A DNA stretch of 64,000 bases from Bacteroidales bacterium (GTDB taxonomy: Bacteria; Bacteroidota; Bacteroidia; Bacteroidales; F082), in contig JAZLGA010000026.1 in assembly GCA_045616045.1 (NCBI GenBank), positions 674-64,673 of the forward strand, read 5' to 3'. The translations under genes and the position numbers were made by a program. Every line of letters starts with the position of its first letter. Position 1 is the stretch's first letter. Shown in pieces: positions 29,016 to 37,724 of the stretch. The notes under the pieces are model-generated. The model saw only the letters and a list, made by a program, of their open reading frames with translations. It was not told the origin of the DNA and searched no databases.

Positions 29016-31250
29016 TTATCTGGGATTTTCGTATATATCCAACCGACGCGATGCAATAACCATACTTACGTCAACAACATTGTAATTATACGGTATTGTC
29101 TCTTTGAGTGCAAGTTCTTGCATAATATTTTCAATGGTGGCTATACGGGCATGTCGCTTATTGGCATGGTCTTTTATGATCTTCCCATTCTCATCGGTTG
29201 CCTTCTGGGCTGGTATGTAGCCAAGCATCTCCATCATTGCCTTCCACCTCAGGAATTCACATTTAGCCAAGTTTTTCAGCATCGTCTTCTCGACTTCGGT
29301 AGCAATAGGATAATCACAAAATTCGTCAACAACCTTGCTGCGTTCTTCGGGAGTTTTTGCTTTTTCAAGACAATCCTTATATTCAGACATTGACCTGCGG
29401 CTCAACAAGCACTCCAAAATACGATTAAGTTTCTCCTTGTCGACATCTACACCTGCAAGACGTTTCTTTGTCGCAATATGGAACCAATTTGACATATTTT
29501 GGTTAAGCACACATGCCAGTTCCTGATGTTGGGCATAGGTTGAGCTAAGCCTAAGGTACTGTCCAACCAAATCCTCGTTGTGTTTGGTGTATTTGACATA
29601 ATTCTCATAAAACGACTTTGCATCGTTTATGATGTGCTGTTCGACAACGCTGTTGTATGAGAATATCTTCTTCCTACTGCCAAACACCATTATCTCAATG
29701 TTTGAATCACTATTGTATTTGTTGTAATAATTGGCAATGTCATGGAGTTCGTTTTCATTCTCTATGGAATATGAACGCACAAATATCTTGAGTTTCCCTG
29801 CTGTTGCATCTCTTCTGCGACAAGCGATCCTATAGATATTGTTGGTCAGGTTGATATTGTCGGTGTCATTACCGCTACACACTACTATATAGTTAAGGTA
29901 GTTTGAACCCAAAGACAACCATTTCTTGAACGAAGACGTGTTTATGCTGTCATCAACCAGGACGACTTCTTCGCTATTCCTCAAGGCCGGGTACTTCATC
30001 AGGAACTGGTTCTTTGCCTCAAGAGTCTTTTCAGTAGTTATGAAAATCTTGGTTGGGTTTTTATTTCCGTCGCCATCAACAAACGAAGAATACTCATACA
30101 AATATTTCATAGCTTCCTCGCCTGTCTCGTCAAAACCTATCACCAACGCCTTGAAAGGTTCTTCAACTGTTGCTGTATTGGGATTGACTCTCAAGCAACT
30201 AACAGGATGGAAATCGGGATTACTTTTTAGTTCCACAACGGCAAGCCTTGCCGAATCGACAATGTTAAAACCTATATTGTTTTTTTTAGACATTCGTTTC
30301 GAAAAAGATGTGTAACTGTATGTCACACACAACTCGTTATAAATACTGTGACAATATACATCAATATGTTTTTTCAATATCGGGCTGTTGGCATTTTCCG
30401 TTGTCGAAATGAGAGCGGCGGCATTTTTTAAATTATTTTCATAATTATCGGACAAGAAAAACATTACCACTTCCTTGACATTGTCACGTATAATGGCCTT
30501 ATAGAGGAAATCGATACCAGACTCGTGGAAGATGCTCTTCAATGACATACCATCCTTTCGGCTCAATATTGCATCGCGGCTATTGACAAGCAAAGCATTG
30601 AGAGATCTTATCTTATCAACCTTTTCGTTTTTTACCAATGTGCCACTAAAGAAGTGAGTAAGCTGAACTTTCTCGCCCTCTTCCTCAAAAGGGAGCTCTA
30701 CAAAAACCACCTTATAATCGTTACCATGATGCGACTTCTTTATATCTTCTGCAAGAAGCAAAGAGTTGTTGTCCTGTCCCCAGAAGACAAAGAGTTTCGA
30801 TTTCTTCACCCTTTTCAATGAGTATTTTGACTGCAAAATATACGCAATCAAGGGTATTATGAAGACGGCACTTATAAAAACGGCAAGGAAATGTGTCATA
30901 GCAAAAAACATCATGTAAATGCCATTCTCATGCATACTGTGTCTGACCTCGACAAGGTCGGAATGCGAAACAAACATCTCAATCGACGATATCATGGATC
31001 TTAGCAGCAGAGTAATGATATTGCCAGAGGAGCCGCCTTCCCAAAAGCCTATAAAATAAAGTACTATACCAGACAAGAACACGATACTGGCTATCCATTT
31101 GATATGTTTTTCAATATATTTGTTTAGTTTGTGCTTATTAACCAAACTGAACATAAGCACTGTCAACAATATAGCGACAACCGAAAACAGCAATCGTGAA
31201 CTGACATCATTGAATATATCGGGGGGCACTGTCAAAAGGGTTTTCATCAA
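29016..31250 (-). CDS. 744-aa membrane-anchored protein with two TrkA-N/RCK-like Rossmann segments; function unknown
   Basis: 4-5 N-terminal TM helices without a TVGYG filter; KLFVFWGQDNNSLLLAEDI and FKALVIGFDETGEEA...YIVVCSGNDTDNINL resemble TrkA-N folds; C-terminus CEFLRWKAMMEMLGY... faintly RyR-domain-like. Confidence 0.7.
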   Translation of the reverse strand: MMKTLLTVPPDIFNDVSSRLLFSVVAILLTVLMFSLVNKHKLNKYIEKHIKWIASIVFLSGIVLYFIGFWEGGSSGNIITLLLRSMISSIEMFVSHSDLVEVRHSMHENGIYMMFFAMTHFLAVFISAVFIIPLIAYILQSKYSLKRVKKSKLFVFWGQDNNSLLLAEDIKKSHHGNDYKVVFVELPFEEEGEKVQLTHFFSGTLVKNEKVDKIRSLNALLVNSRDAILSRKDGMSLKSIFHESGIDFLYKAIIRDNVKEVVMFFLSDNYENNLKNAAALISTTENANSPILKKHIDVYCHSIYNELCVTYSYTSFSKRMSKKNNIGFNIVDSARLAVVELKSNPDFHPVSCLRVNPNTATVEEPFKALVIGFDETGEEAMKYLYEYSSFVDGDGNKNPTKIFITTEKTLEAKNQFLMKYPALRNSEEVVLVDDSINTSSFKKWLSLGSNYLNYIVVCSGNDTDNINLTNNIYRIACRRRDATAGKLKIFVRSYSIENENELHDIANYYNKYNSDSNIEIMVFGSRKKIFSYNSVVEQHIINDAKSFYENYVKYTKHNEDLVGQYLRLSSTYAQHQELACVLNQNMSNWFHIATKKRLAGVDVDKEKLNRILECLLSRRSMSEYKDCLEKAKTPEERSKVVDEFCDYPIATEVEKTMLKNLAKCEFLRWKAMMEMLGYIPAQKATDENGKIIKDHANKRHARIATIENIMQELALKETIPYNYNVVDVSMVIASRRLDIYENPR

Positions 31251-31294
31251 GCCATTGTTTTTAGAACAAAAAAAATCACATTACATAAAGATTG

Positions 31295-31302
31295 CAAATA
31301 TA
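31295..31302 (-). promoter_or_regulatory. Bacteroidetes -7 box (TAtaTTTG on the minus strand)
   Basis: 44 nt upstream of the ATG at 31250, between the gene and MITE-like copy 2. Confidence 0.4.
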
Positions 31303-31323
31303 AAAACAAATTCATAAACTGAA

Positions 31324-31521
31324 GGTGGGTTCTATAAATTCAACGAAATAAAATACAAATGATATGACAAATTTAAAATTTCTTTTCCTCACTTTTGGCC
31401 ACTTTTCGGCATCTTGCTGTTTATCAATCGGTTGCATAGCCCGCTATGCAACCTCTTTCTGTGCAGCAATCTGCTCGAAAACCGACTCAAAATCACTGGA
31501 AAATAATTTATAGAACCCACC
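31324..31521 (-). repeat. 198-bp MITE-like element, copy 2 (inverted relative to copy 1)
   Basis: Same 15-16-bp terminal inverted repeats; 8 mismatches in 198 versus the reverse complement of 8968-9165; central hairpin ggttgcatagc/gctatgcaacc. Confidence 0.75.
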
Positions 31522-31818
31522 TTAACTGATTTCTCCTGCACTCGGCAAAGAAAGCAAGCTTTCTCTGCTCTCGCTTTTGAAAAATTAGATTTTTTTATTG
31601 CTATCTTGATGGTTTTCTGTTAGTTACAACACACGCATTGCTCCTTCGCTCTAATTAGCAATCTGTCTGACAAAATTTTCAAAACCATTGCAAGGCAATT
31701 TTTGGAAATTACCATATTTTTTCGATTACTTTTACAATCTTAAGTGTTTAGCCTATAAGTTTCGTTTATAACTGGATTAAGCGTTTATATCTTCAAGTTT
31801 CATTTCTCCACAAAAACC

Positions 31819-31866
31819 GAGTTTTACCCAAAACGATAAAAAAAAACATCGATTTGGGTAAAACTC
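31819..31866. repeat. long perfect hairpin at the left edge of the accessory island
   Basis: gagttttacccaaa(a)cgat ... atcg(a)tttgggtaaaactc; shares cccaaaacgataaaaa with 36147-36165. Confidence 0.5.
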
Positions 31867-31879
31867 ATAAAAATTTGTC

Positions 31880-31986
31880 CACGCAGCGGCATCTATCTCA
31901 CCATGATTACGACCTACGGCTTCGCCAATAGCATTTATAATGAGACCGTGCCCGTGAAGTTAGGAATGGATTGTTTGTTTGGATGA
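31880..31986 (+). pseudogene. 3'-terminal remnant of a DUF234-type ATPase gene
   Basis: Near-identical to 35492-35598; encodes ...RSGIYLTMITTYGFANSIYNETVPVKLGMDCLFG*; no gene body upstream. Confidence 0.7.
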
Positions 31987-32033
31987 AGGCATTGGTTTTC
32001 CAATTGAATCCAAGAATATCATCAAAAACCGCT

Positions 32034-32078
32034 ATAATCAGCCATAAGTCCGATTTTTTTTGAGTTATGGCTGATTAT
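32034..32078. repeat. 45-nt palindromic element, copy 1
   Basis: ataatcagccataa-N17-ttatggctgattat, perfect 14-bp arms; followed by a second ATPase-tail piece (32083-32119); copies at 36161 and 37677. Confidence 0.7.
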
Positions 32079-32124
32079 GCCCAAAAGCATTTATAATGAA
32101 ACCGTGCCAGTGAAGCTGACAAAT

Positions 32125-33126
32125 TCAATTGTTATAGATGTCTTCAATGATTTGCCAGCCGACGCTTAATCCAAAATGATTAGGATCAGAGAAATTATAG
32201 CAATCTTCGGTCAGTTCATTTTTCCCTGAATAATCAAAAACATACTGCCCCCCAAAAATATCTTGCAGGGTCTTTAAATCCTGTTTGTTGATAGCAGGAT
32301 GTGTGTAGCAATATGCTGGCGTAACAATGATTCTATAATCTGTACCATGCTTCGTGAAAACGGCCTTGATATGTAATAGCTGTTCTTTAAAAGTGTCGTT
32401 AATAAGAACAGTGCTTTCTTTTAAATCAGCATCTGTTTTTGTCGCAATTTCCCTTAAAAAAGTACTTCTTACTAATTTACTGCAATTTGATAGACTATCT
32501 TTCAGTGGCTGAATGTTTATATCGACTGATGAATTGGTATCATACCAATCGTTACTTATAGTGTCGAATCCGATATAAGGTTTCGAATTTCTTATTCTTC
32601 CTTTCACGCTTGAATACCAAAATGACGGTTTCTGTAAAAAATTCCAAAACAATGTTGCTTGATATGCTATTTTAGGTTGCCCGGAAAACTTGTAATTCTT
32701 TATTGATAGAGCTTCTGTTGGAAGTTGCTTATTTGAAAAGGTTCCTGGTATATCAAGCAAGAGAATAACATTTGAGATGTCACTGTTCATTTGGTCTATA
32801 TATGTAACTTTTTGCTCGATTCCAGTAAGTGTTTCCCCCCAAGCTTGAAACAAGAATTGTCGTGATTTGTCAGGTAGATATTTAAGCCATTGATATGTAT
32901 TAATTCCACAACCTCTCGAACTACCGAAAATATATGAATCATACTTATATGTTGGATAGTTCTTCAAAAATAATTCTGATGACAGATAATCTCTGTTTGT
33001 AGCATCAAAAAAGTGCAGCGAAAAAGGCTTTAATGTTTTGAATGGATCGGTAAAAAAATACACTCCGAGTAGAATGGTAACGGGTATAAATGTAATCAAT
33101 ATTATTGTAATCAGAAACTTTTTCAT
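32125..33126 (-). CDS. SGNH/DltD-like periplasmic partner of MBOAT (module A)
   Basis: Start set to MKKFLITIILITF (ATG 1 nt after the MBOAT stop); one TM helix; YIFGSSRG (block I-like) and SDPNHFGLSVG (block V-like); AT-rich. Confidence 0.6.
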   Translation of the reverse strand: MKKFLITIILITFIPVTILLGVYFFTDPFKTLKPFSLHFFDATNRDYLSSELFLKNYPTYKYDSYIFGSSRGCGINTYQWLKYLPDKSRQFLFQAWGETLTGIEQKVTYIDQMNSDISNVILLLDIPGTFSNKQLPTEALSIKNYKFSGQPKIAYQATLFWNFLQKPSFWYSSVKGRIRNSKPYIGFDTISNDWYDTNSSVDINIQPLKDSLSNCSKLVRSTFLREIATKTDADLKESTVLINDTFKEQLLHIKAVFTKHGTDYRIIVTPAYCYTHPAINKQDLKTLQDIFGGQYVFDYSGKNELTEDCYNFSDPNHFGLSVGWQIIEDIYNN

Positions 33127-33127
33127 A

Positions 33128-34565
33128 TCAAAATTGGAAATAGATAAAAGATTGACTATGAGCGGCAAATTGAAGCATGACTATGATGACGACATAACAA
33201 ACAGCTATTTTGAGCCAAACAGGTGTCTTTTTGCTGAATTGGAGCGCAAAATCATTGACTCTTGAAAACCATTCTACAATTAACATGATAAGGATGAAAA
33301 ACAACGTCCTTTTCAATCCTACTATTAGTATTGGAGATGATAAAAGGGATGGATTAAATATTCCGCAAACATATTCCCAGGCCTGCCCGATATTTTCGGC
33401 CCTAAAGATAATCCAGCCAATGACGGCAAGGAAAAATGTCAGCAACATCTGCCACGCTTCCTTGAAAGTGGGCAAGACGCGTCCTGCCGCTACAATGTCA
33501 GTGTGCTTGCGGTTCTTGCCAAGCAGAATGAGCGGCAGGAAAAGAATCGCATGATAGGCACCCCAGGCAATGAAAGTCCAGTTGGCGCCATGCCAGAAGC
33601 CGCTCAGCAGGAAAATGACGAAAGTGTTGCGAATCACCTTGGCCTTCGAGCAGCGGCTGCCGCCCAACGGAATATAGACATAATCGCGGAACCAGGTCGT
33701 GAGCGAAATGTGCCACCTGCGCCAAAACTCGGCAATATCGCGGCTGAAATACGGCACGTTGAAATTTCGCATCAGCCTGATACCAAAAAGTTTTGCTGTG
33801 CCAATGGCGATGTCGGAATAACCCGAAAAGTCGCCGTAAATCTGGAAAGTGAACAAGATGGCAGCCAAAAGCAATGTGCTGCCGCTTTGGTTTTGATAAG
33901 TGTTGAAAACCTGATCGACATAAACGGCGCAATTGTCCGCCACCACGATTTTCTTGAACAAGCCCCAAAGGATTTGCCTCATGCCATCGACGGCTTCATT
34001 GTAGTCGAATTTTCTTGGTTTCTCAAATTGCGGCAAGAGGTTTGTGGCTCTTTCGATAGGACCCGCCACCAATTGCGGGAAGAAGCTCACGAAAGCGAAA
34101 AACTGCACAATGTCGTGTGTCGCCTTCAGCTTGCCACGATAGACATCAATACTGTAGCTCAAGGCTTGAAAAGTGTAAAAGCTAATGCCGACAGGCAGAA
34201 TGATTTTCAGCAGCAAGCCATCGGTCTTGCCGTCAAGGAATAAGTTGGCAAAGGAGGTGACGAAAAAGTCATAATACTTGAAAACGCCTAAAAATCAACA
34301 GGTTGAGGACAATGTTCAAGACGTTGATGGTCTTTGCCTTTTTCGGCGTTTCGCGGTATTTTTCAATCAGCAGGCCGCTTCCCCAACTGCAAAAGGAGGT
34401 GAAAGCGATGAGGAACAGAAAGCGCCAGTCCCACCAGCCGTAAAAAACGTAGGAAACGACGACTATGAAAAAGTTCTGCAGCTTCAGGTTCCGATTGAAA
34501 ACGAACCAATATAGCAGAAACACTATGGGCAAAAATATTGCAAATTCTATGGAGTTAAACAACAT
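33128..34565 (-). pseudogene. MBOAT family O-acyltransferase, module A, disrupted by a +1 frameshift
   Basis: ORFs 34269-34565 and 33128-34216 together align along the intact paralog 38743-40176; A5 run at 34290-34294 versus A4 in the paralog; conserved WHISLTTWFRDYVYIPLGG MBOAT His motif. Confidence 0.85.
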
Positions 34566-34629
34566 GATTGATAGTTTTCAGCATCACTACCAATCGCTTT
34601 ATTAACAGAAACAAGGTGTAGGCCTCCTT

Positions 34630-34809
34630 ATTCGCGTTCACGGGAAGCCTAGGAGAAACCCATCATACAAGCTAAGTCAGCCCACACCTAATCGGTGCGA
34701 GCATTAACATTACGCTTGTATGGACTGGAAAACTTCATCGGCTTTCCGCGAACTTTATTTTCATCCGTTAAAGAAATCAGTTTCCTAGGCTTTTTTCTTT
34801 TGAACGCGA
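34630..34809. other. candidate structured RNA / leader element
   Basis: 10-bp outer helix ttcgcgttca/tgaacgcgaa extended by aagcctagga/tcctaggctt; inner helix atacaagc/gcttgtat; alternative 13/14 pairing of 34635-34648 with 34739-34752. Confidence 0.3.
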
Positions 34810-34911
34810 AATAATAGCTAATGCTTTAGTTTATTATTATGTATCTATTTTCTTTGTCCTTTTCTGTGATTATTTATTGTTATGCTGCAAAAATAGGCAT
34901 TTTTCCTATAG

Positions 34912-35598
34912 GTGAATGAAAAATCCTTAATCTGTTATAAAAAAATCGTCAAATTACTGGCCGACAATAAAAAAGGACTAACCCGCTCAGAAATATCATC
35001 ACGATTATCCATCAGCGGCAGCACCTTAACCACCATGCTTGACAACTTGAAGAACTGCGAGTTTATCCAACTATATTACATGCGTGACAAAAAAGTGAAA
35101 AGCACAGGCGGCATCTACAAACTGACCGATTTCTACACTATGTTTTACCTTAACTTCGTGCCGAAAGCAAAAACAGAAAGCAACTTCTGGAGCAACCACA
35201 TCAACACCCCCGAAGTCAACAACTGGTTTGGTCTGGCCTACGAAAGCATTTGCCTCACCCACGTCCAACAAATCAAAGAGGCATTACATCTGGACAGCAT
35301 ATCAACGAAATGCTACGCCTGGAGAAGCAAGACCTCAGCGCCCGGTGCCCAAATTGACCTCATCATCGACCGCGCTGACAACATGATCAACCTATGCGAA
35401 ATCAAGTACTCGAAAGACGAATACAAAATCACGCAAGAGGACGACAGGCTGTTGAGAAACCGCATGACCGCTTTCCAAAACGAAACCAGCACACGCAGCG
35501 GCATCTATCTCACCATGATTACGACCTACGGCTTCGCCAGCAGCATTTATAATGAGACCGTGCCGGTGAAGTTAGGAATGGATTGTCTGTTTGGGTGA
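34912..35598 (+). pseudogene. truncated DUF234-type ATPase paralog (wHTH + C-terminal domain only)
   Basis: Aligns with residues about 250-473 of the intact 36247-37668 product; lacks the Walker A N-terminal half; non-ATG start, no promoter box. Confidence 0.6.
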
Positions 35599-35643
35599 AT
35601 GTTTTAGTTTCCTAAATCAGTATCTTTATACTTGCACCTAGCA

Positions 35644-35838
35644 TTAAATTTCTATTCCGGCTTGCTTTACGATAGACATAAACGTCCCTTTTTTCAAATC
35701 CTTACCATTATGAAAAGGGACGACAATTGTCTTGTTTGAAATCGAATTATAATAGACCTGGTGAGAGCCTTTCGCCCTTTTAAACACGAAACCGTTTTCT
35801 TCAAGAAGCCTTATCAGATAATCAGGGCTTAGATTCAT
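35644..35838 (-). CDS. hicA: type II toxin HicA
   Basis: 64 aa; LIRLLEENGFVFKRAKGSHQVYYN...VVPFHNGKDLKKGTFMSIVKQAGI fits the HicA fold signature. Confidence 0.85.
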   Translation of the reverse strand: MNLSPDYLIRLLEENGFVFKRAKGSHQVYYNSISNKTIVVPFHNGKDLKKGTFMSIVKQAGIEI

Positions 35839-36056
35839 ATAGCAAAATTCAAGGAATACTCCAACATATTACTATCATCAGGCACCATTTCGCCATGATC
35901 CTGCAATTCCTCGACATACAACTCTATAGCTTCCTTTGCCATTTCTATGGCTTCATCAACAGTCTCTCCGTATGTTATGCAACCTGGTAGCGCAGGAACC
36001 AGAACCGTATAGCCGCCGTCCTCTTCTTTTCGCAAATTTATCCTGTAAGTACGCAT
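35835..36056 (-). CDS. hicB: type II antitoxin HicB
   Basis: 73 aa; EEDGGYTVLVPALPGCITYGETVDEAIEMAKEAIELYVE is a typical HicB/UPF0150 sequence; 4-nt overlap with hicA. Confidence 0.85.
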   Translation of the reverse strand: MRTYRINLRKEEDGGYTVLVPALPGCITYGETVDEAIEMAKEAIELYVEELQDHGEMVPDDSNMLEYSLNFAI

Positions 36057-36160
36057 CTGAAACTAATTTTGTGCAAAACTACACATTTTTCCGAAAAAAG
36101 GAAACTCCTATTGCCACATTTCTTTAGCAATTTTAACCATCGGGGTTCTCCCAAAACGAT

Positions 36161-36205
36161 AAAAACAGCCATAAGTCCGATTTTTTCTGAGTTATGGCTG
36201 ATTAT
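36161..36205. repeat. 45-nt palindromic element, copy 2 (degenerate left arm)
   Basis: aaaaacagccataa-N17-ttatggctgattat, upstream of the intact ATPase gene. Confidence 0.6.
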
Positions 36206-36219
36206 AGCATGTTTTTATT

Positions 36220-36227
36220 TATTTTTG
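36220..36227 (+). promoter_or_regulatory. Bacteroidetes -7 box TAttTTTG
   Basis: 19 nt upstream of the ATG at 36247. Confidence 0.45.
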
Positions 36228-36246
36228 CCACATAATAATCAAAGAA

Positions 36247-37668
36247 ATGAAAGAGGACATCATCGGACGAAAAAAGGAAATCGCAGAACTGGAACGGCTT
36301 TACCAATCCAACAAATCTGAATTCATTGCCGTTTACGGACGGCGAAGAGTTGGAAAGACTTTCCTGATAAAGCAACTGTTTGAAAAAGAGCTGGTCTTTT
36401 CTGTAACCGGACTGGCTAACCAGAACACTTCCAAACAGCTCAAGAATTTCCATAACACGCTGAAAATGTATGGCAAAACCAAAAGCACCGCGCCAAAAGA
36501 CTGGATTGATGCTTTTGACCTTCTCATACAATACCTACAGACGATTGATGGTCGAAAAGCCATACTGATTGATGAACTTCCATGGATGGATACGCCCCGC
36601 TCTGGATTCATAGCCGCACTTGAACATTTCTGGAACGGATGGGCGTCAATGCGAAAAGACATTATGTTAATCGTCTGTGGTTCAGCTTCTTCATGGATTA
36701 TGGACAAACTCATCAACAGCCACGGAGGGCTGCACAACCGTATCACAAAAAGAATTCTGCTCAAGCCCTTCAATTTAGCGGAAACCGAAGAAATGCTTCA
36801 AAGCATAGGCATGGATCTTTCACGATACGAAGTGGCTGAAACATACATGATTATGGGTGGTATTCCTTTCTATCTCAGCATGTTCAACCCTGCCATGAGC
36901 CTCAGCCAGAACATCGACGCTTTGTTCTTCAACGAAGACCGCAGCCTCAGCAACGAATTTGAAAACCTATACGCTTCGTTGTTCAGGAATTCCGACAACT
37001 ACATTAAAGTCGTAACGGCATTGAGCAAGGTCAGGAACGGAATGACACGCGAGGAAATCGAAAAAGAGAGCGGCATTGAGACAGGAGGCACTCTGTCGAA
37101 AATCCTTAGCAATCTGGAGGCCTGCGGTTTCATCCGAAAATACAACAATATCGGCAAAGACAGCCGCAAGAAATACTATCAGCTGATGGACTTCTTCACC
37201 TTGTTCTACTTCCATTTCATAAACGGCAACGACAAGAGGAACGGCTTTTGGTCGGCAATACAAGGCACTTCGACATTCTATGCTTGGGCAGGAATTTCGT
37301 TTGAAATGATGGCACTGCTACATGTCGGCCAAATCAAACAAAAGTTAGGTATCAGCGGCATTTTGACTGAAGAATTTGCATGGCGGAAAGAAAACAGCGG
37401 AACAGCACGAGGCGCACAAATCGACTTGGTGATACACCGAAGCGATAAAACAGTGAATCTGTGCGAAATGAAATTCTCCGAAGACACCTACACAATTGAT
37501 TACGAAGAAAATCTGAAACTCCGCAACCGATTGACAGCATTCAAAACAGCTTTCGGCAAGCCATGTAACTCCGTGCAATTGACCTTTATAACAACTTTCG
37601 GCCTGACAAAAGGCAAACACTCAGGAATCGCACAAAACGAAGTCATCTTAGACGACTTGTTTGCATAA
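36247..37668 (+). CDS. ATP-binding protein (AAA ATPase with wHTH and DUF234-like C-terminal domain)
   Basis: Walker A YGRRRVGKTFL, Walker B AILIDELPWM; C-terminal GAQIDLVIHRSDKTVNLCEMKFS resembles a PD-(D/E)XK-like core. Confidence 0.8.
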   Translation: MKEDIIGRKKEIAELERLYQSNKSEFIAVYGRRRVGKTFLIKQLFEKELVFSVTGLANQNTSKQLKNFHNTLKMYGKTKSTAPKDWIDAFDLLIQYLQTIDGRKAILIDELPWMDTPRSGFIAALEHFWNGWASMRKDIMLIVCGSASSWIMDKLINSHGGLHNRITKRILLKPFNLAETEEMLQSIGMDLSRYEVAETYMIMGGIPFYLSMFNPAMSLSQNIDALFFNEDRSLSNEFENLYASLFRNSDNYIKVVTALSKVRNGMTREEIEKESGIETGGTLSKILSNLEACGFIRKYNNIGKDSRKKYYQLMDFFTLFYFHFINGNDKRNGFWSAIQGTSTFYAWAGISFEMMALLHVGQIKQKLGISGILTEEFAWRKENSGTARGAQIDLVIHRSDKTVNLCEMKFSEDTYTIDYEENLKLRNRLTAFKTAFGKPCNSVQLTFITTFGLTKGKHSGIAQNEVILDDLFA

Positions 37669-37676
37669 AAACCGCC

Positions 37677-37720
37677 ATAACCAGCCATAAGTCCGAATTT
37701 TCCGAGTTATGGCTGATTAT
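37677..37720. repeat. 45-nt palindromic element, copy 3
   Basis: ataaccagccataa-N16-ttatggctgattat, 9 nt after the ATPase stop. Confidence 0.7.
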
Positions 37721-37724
37721 GGCC

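Noticed and set aside
8968-31521. The two MITE-like copies as ends of a composite transposon or genomic island
   Set aside because: The 22 kb between them is ordinary housekeeping content (mrp, asd, ribF, rluD, ddl and others) with no mobility genes. The copies are better explained as independent insertions.
33503-34243. 246-aa plus-strand ORF (and 33498-33968 minus) inside MBOAT-A; likewise 39115-39903 and 39008-39544 inside MBOAT-B
   Set aside because: These are shadow ORFs in the GC-richer conserved MBOAT block. They are Arg/Ala/Gln-rich and low-complexity, and the MBOAT frame carries clear family motifs.
34290-34294. Slipped-strand phase variation at the A5 run in MBOAT-A
   Set aside because: A 5-nt homopolymer is too short for efficient slippage. 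This is kept only as a frameshift observation to be checked in reads.
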